Source: Acidimicrobiales bacterium (GTDB lineage Bacteria > Actinomycetota > Acidimicrobiia > Acidimicrobiales > CADCSY01). From it: a stretch of DNA of 61,467 bases. The stretch lies in NCBI GenBank assembly GCA_035553895.1, contig DATMJI010000035.1, positions 1 through 61,467 on the forward strand. The letters are read 5' to 3'. Both the position numbers and the translations under genes were made by a program. The notes beneath the pieces were generated by a model that made no database searches, was not told the origin of the DNA, and saw only the letters and a list, made by a program, of their open reading frames with translations. Positions 59,039 through 61,467 of this stretch are shown here, piece by piece (position 1 is the first letter of the stretch; the number at the start of each line of letters is the position of its first letter).

Positions 59039-60483
59039 GTACGCGGGCGGCGGCGGTGCTGGTGTTCTGCACCTCGGCGGCGGTGCTGGTGATCGAGATC
59101 CTGGCCGGGCGCCTGGTGGCGCCCTACGTCGGGGTGTCGATCGAGACCTTCACCGGGGTCATCGGCACCATCCTGGCCGGCATCGCCCTCGGCAGCGCCG
59201 CCGGCGGGCGCCTGGCCGACCGCTACGACGCCCGGCGGCTGGTGGGTCCGGCCGTCGCGGCCGGTGGCCTCGCCGCCCTGGTGTCGCTGCCGGTCGTGTC
59301 GGCGGTCGGGCCGGTGGTGCGCGGCGGTGGGCCGGCGGCCATCGTCGCCCTGGCCGGTGGCGCCTTCTTCCTCCCGGCGGCGGTGCTCAGCGCCGTCGGC
59401 CCCATGGCCGCCCAGCTGCGCCTGGCCAGCCTGGCCGAAACCGGCTCCGTGGTCGGTGGCCTCTCGGCGGCCGGGACCGCCGGCGCCCTCTTCGGCACCT
59501 TCGTGACCGGCTTCGTGCTGGTGGCCACCGTTCCCACCCGCCCCCTGGTGGTGGCCCTCGGTGTCGCCCTGGTGGTGGCCGGAGCGGGCCTGTGGTGGCG
59601 GTTGGGTACCACCCGGGTGCCGACGGCGGGCCTGTCGGTGGTCCTGGTCGCCGCCACCGGCCTCTCGCTGGCCGTGCCCGGCCCGTGCGGGGAACACACC
59701 GTCTACTACTGCGCTCGCGTCGAGGTCGACCCGTCCCGGCCCTCGGGCCGGGTCCTGATCCTCGACACGCTGCGCCACAGCTACGTCGACCTCGAGGACC
59801 CTACCTACCTGGAGTTCCGCTATGTGCGGCTCTTCGCCGACATGGTCGAGCTCCAGCTCGGGGGTGATCGAGCCGTCGACGCCCTGCACCTGGGGGGTGG
59901 GGGATTCAGCTTCCCCCGCTACCTGGCTACCACCCGGCCGGGCTCCACCAGCCTGGTCCTGGAGATCGACGGTGGGTTGGTCGACCTGGCCCGGGACGAG
60001 CTCGGCCTGCGTACCGGCGACGACCTGGCGGTGCGGGTGGGCGACGCCCGTACCGCCCTGGCCGAGTTGGCGGATGACCGCTACGACGTGGTGGTAGGCG
60101 ACGCCTTCGGCAGCTTGTCGGTGCCCTGGCACCTGGCCACCCGGGAGGTGGCGGCCGAGATCACGCGGGTCCTGCGGCCCGGGGGCGTCTACCTGGCCAA
60201 CGTCATCGACGGTGGCCCGAACCGCCTGGTCCGGGCCGAGGTGGCCACCCTCGCCGCCGAGTTCGCCAACGTGGCCGTCGTCGTCCCGCCGGCCGGGACG
60301 GGCGATGCTCCCGCCAACTACGTCCTCGTGGCCTCCTCCGGCCCGATCACCTCGGCCCTCGCCGCCTACGACGCCACCGACGGCGTCGCCCTCACCGGAG
60401 CCGAAGTGGACGCCTTCGTCGACGGTGCCCGGCCCCTCACCGACGACTTCGCCCCGGCCGACCAGCTCCTCACCCGGGGCTGA
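59035..60483 (+). CDS. Fused polytopic membrane domain and spermidine-synthase-like (class I methyltransferase fold) protein
   Basis: The N-terminal about 200 aa form multiple TM helices (AAVLVFCTSAAVLVIEILAGRL...). The C-terminal part reads ALHLGGGGFSFPRYL...DVVVGDAFGSLSVPWHLATREV...LRPGGVYLANV. It forms a GTGA overlap with the upstream stop. Confidence 0.75.
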   Translation: MSTRAAAVLVFCTSAAVLVIEILAGRLVAPYVGVSIETFTGVIGTILAGIALGSAAGGRLADRYDARRLVGPAVAAGGLAALVSLPVVSAVGPVVRGGGPAAIVALAGGAFFLPAAVLSAVGPMAAQLRLASLAETGSVVGGLSAAGTAGALFGTFVTGFVLVATVPTRPLVVALGVALVVAGAGLWWRLGTTRVPTAGLSVVLVAATGLSLAVPGPCGEHTVYYCARVEVDPSRPSGRVLILDTLRHSYVDLEDPTYLEFRYVRLFADMVELQLGGDRAVDALHLGGGGFSFPRYLATTRPGSTSLVLEIDGGLVDLARDELGLRTGDDLAVRVGDARTALAELADDRYDVVVGDAFGSLSVPWHLATREVAAEITRVLRPGGVYLANVIDGGPNRLVRAEVATLAAEFANVAVVVPPAGTGDAPANYVLVASSGPITSALAAYDATDGVALTGAEVDAFVDGARPLTDDFAPADQLLTRG

Positions 60484-60537
60484 GCGGGCGGACGGGACCA
60501 GCCGGCGGCGGCCGGGCCAGGACTACCCTCACCCCCC

Positions 60538-61467
60538 ATGGTCTCTGAGCGCCGTGACAACCCCGCCATCGAGGTCTATGCCAGCGAGAGCCGGCGGTTC
60601 CCCCCCTCGGACGCCCTGCGGGCCTACGCCCAGATCACCGGGACCGAGGTCTACGACGAGGCGGCCGCCGACCACGAGGGCTTCTGGGCCCGCCAAGCGG
60701 CGGAGCTGCTGAGCTGGCGCAGCGAGTGGCACACCATCTGCGACTGGAAGCCGCCCTTCGTCCAGTGGTTCGTCGAGGGCACCCTCAACGCCGCCGAGAA
60801 CTGCCTCGACCGCCATCTGGCGGCGGGCCTGGGCGACAAGGTGGCCTACCACTGGGAGGGCGAGCCGGGGGACACCCGCACCATCACCTACGCCGACCTC
60901 CACGCCGAGGTGTGCCGCTTCGCCAACGTGTTGAAGCACCTCGGGGTAGCCAAGGGCGACCGGGTGGCCATCTACCTGCCCATGATCCCCGAGCTCCCCG
61001 TGGCCATGCTTGCCTGCGCCCGCATCGGCGCTCCCCACACCGTGGTCTTCGGCGGCTTCTCGGCCGAGTCCCTCGCCGGGCGCATCGTCGATGCCGACGC
61101 CAAGGTGCTGGTGACCGCCGACGGGGGCTGGCGCCGGGGCCAGGCCGTCCCGCTCAAGGACAACGCCGACGCCGCTGTGGCCACCACGCCCTCCATCGAC
61201 CACGTGGTCGTCGTGCGCCGCACCGGGGAGCCGGTGACCATGGCCGAGGGGCGCGACCAGTGGTACCACGACCTCATGGTGACGGTGTCGGCCGACTGCC
61301 CGGCCGAGGCCATGGGTGCCGAGGACCTGCTCTACCTGCTCTACACGTCGGGGACGACGGCCACGCCCAAGGGGATCATGCACACCACCGGTGGCTACCT
61401 GACCCAGGTGGCCTTCACCCACCGCTACGTCTTCGACCTCCACGCCCACACCGACGTCTACTGGTGC
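60538..61467 (+). CDS. acs: Acetyl-CoA synthetase (AMP-forming), N-terminal 310 aa; the 3' end lies outside the window
   Basis: This frame is open to the window end and so is not in the ORF track. It reads [14 protein letters not shown]...[45 protein letters not shown]...[23 protein letters not shown]. Confidence 0.9.
   Translation, partial: MVSERRDNPAIEVYASESRRFPPSDALRAYAQITGTEVYDEAAADHEGFWARQAAELLSWRSEWHTICDWKPPFVQWFVEGTLNAAENCLDRHLAAGLGDKVAYHWEGEPGDTRTITYADLHAEVCRFANVLKHLGVAKGDRVAIYLPMIPELPVAMLACARIGAPHTVVFGGFSAESLAGRIVDADAKVLVTADGGWRRGQAVPLKDNADAAVATTPSIDHVVVVRRTGEPVTMAEGRDQWYHDLMVTVSADCPAEAMGAEDLLYLLYTSGTTATPKGIMHTTGGYLTQVAFTHRYVFDLHAHTDVYWC

Noticed and set aside
1-61467. A search for mobile elements, prophage, toxin-antitoxin systems, restriction-modification, CRISPR-Cas or other defence systems.
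   Set aside because: No transposase, integrase, recombinase, nuclease/helicase defence signature or cas-like ORF was recognisable in any frame. The only mobile-looking sequences are the non-autonomous palindromic repeats reported above.

Overview
This is a high-GC segment, roughly 70% or more by eye, with actinobacterial gene order (tRNA-Pro/tRNA-Gly, tig, clpP, clpX, folC). I found no transposase, integrase, phage, CRISPR or rRNA genes. Many long ORFs in the six-frame track are Arg/Pro/Gly-rich antisense artefacts of the high GC; I kept only ORFs with recognisable family motifs or clear operon coupling.

Main blocks, in order:
1. A GAF/ANTAR regulator with three STAS genes.
2. An 11-kb minus-strand operon of ten translationally coupled genes for an ADP-heptose-containing glycan: gmhA, hldE, a GT2-GmhB fusion, two GT9, two GT4, a second GT2, an SDR and a carbamoyltransferase.
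3. hsp20, pncA-pncB and an SLH-domain surface protein.
4. A rifampicin-phosphotransferase-like PEP-utilising enzyme coupled to two small membrane proteins.
5. A birA remnant, followed by TPR, NifU, LuxR and methyltransferase genes.
6. tig-clpP-clpX and folC.
7. An orphan nuoLMN trio.
8. A CDP-sugar cluster with two tandem C-methyltransferases.
9. A convergent response regulator / histidine kinase pair in which the kinase carries an in-frame TGA.
10. A complex-I-type operon, nuoABCD-HIJKLMN, that lacks nuoEFG. It is followed directly by a MidA/NDUFAF7-family methyltransferase and a membrane-fused spermidine-synthase-like gene.
11. The 5' part of acs.

The most interesting signals are these:
- The 11-subunit complex I without an N-module. 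It has a long disordered NuoC extension, a His/Glu-rich NuoL insert and an adjacent NDUFAF7 homologue.
- A family of long palindromic intergenic elements, several followed by purine-rich SD-like tracts. It includes a 99-bp tandem pair with a compensatory base-pair change and a perfect 22-bp hairpin inside the nuo operon.
- The actinobacterial ADP-heptose glycan operon.
- Four 11-bp-phased GCTGA(A/G) heptamers upstream of the OmpR-type regulator.

All family assignments come from reading motifs by eye. No database search was run.
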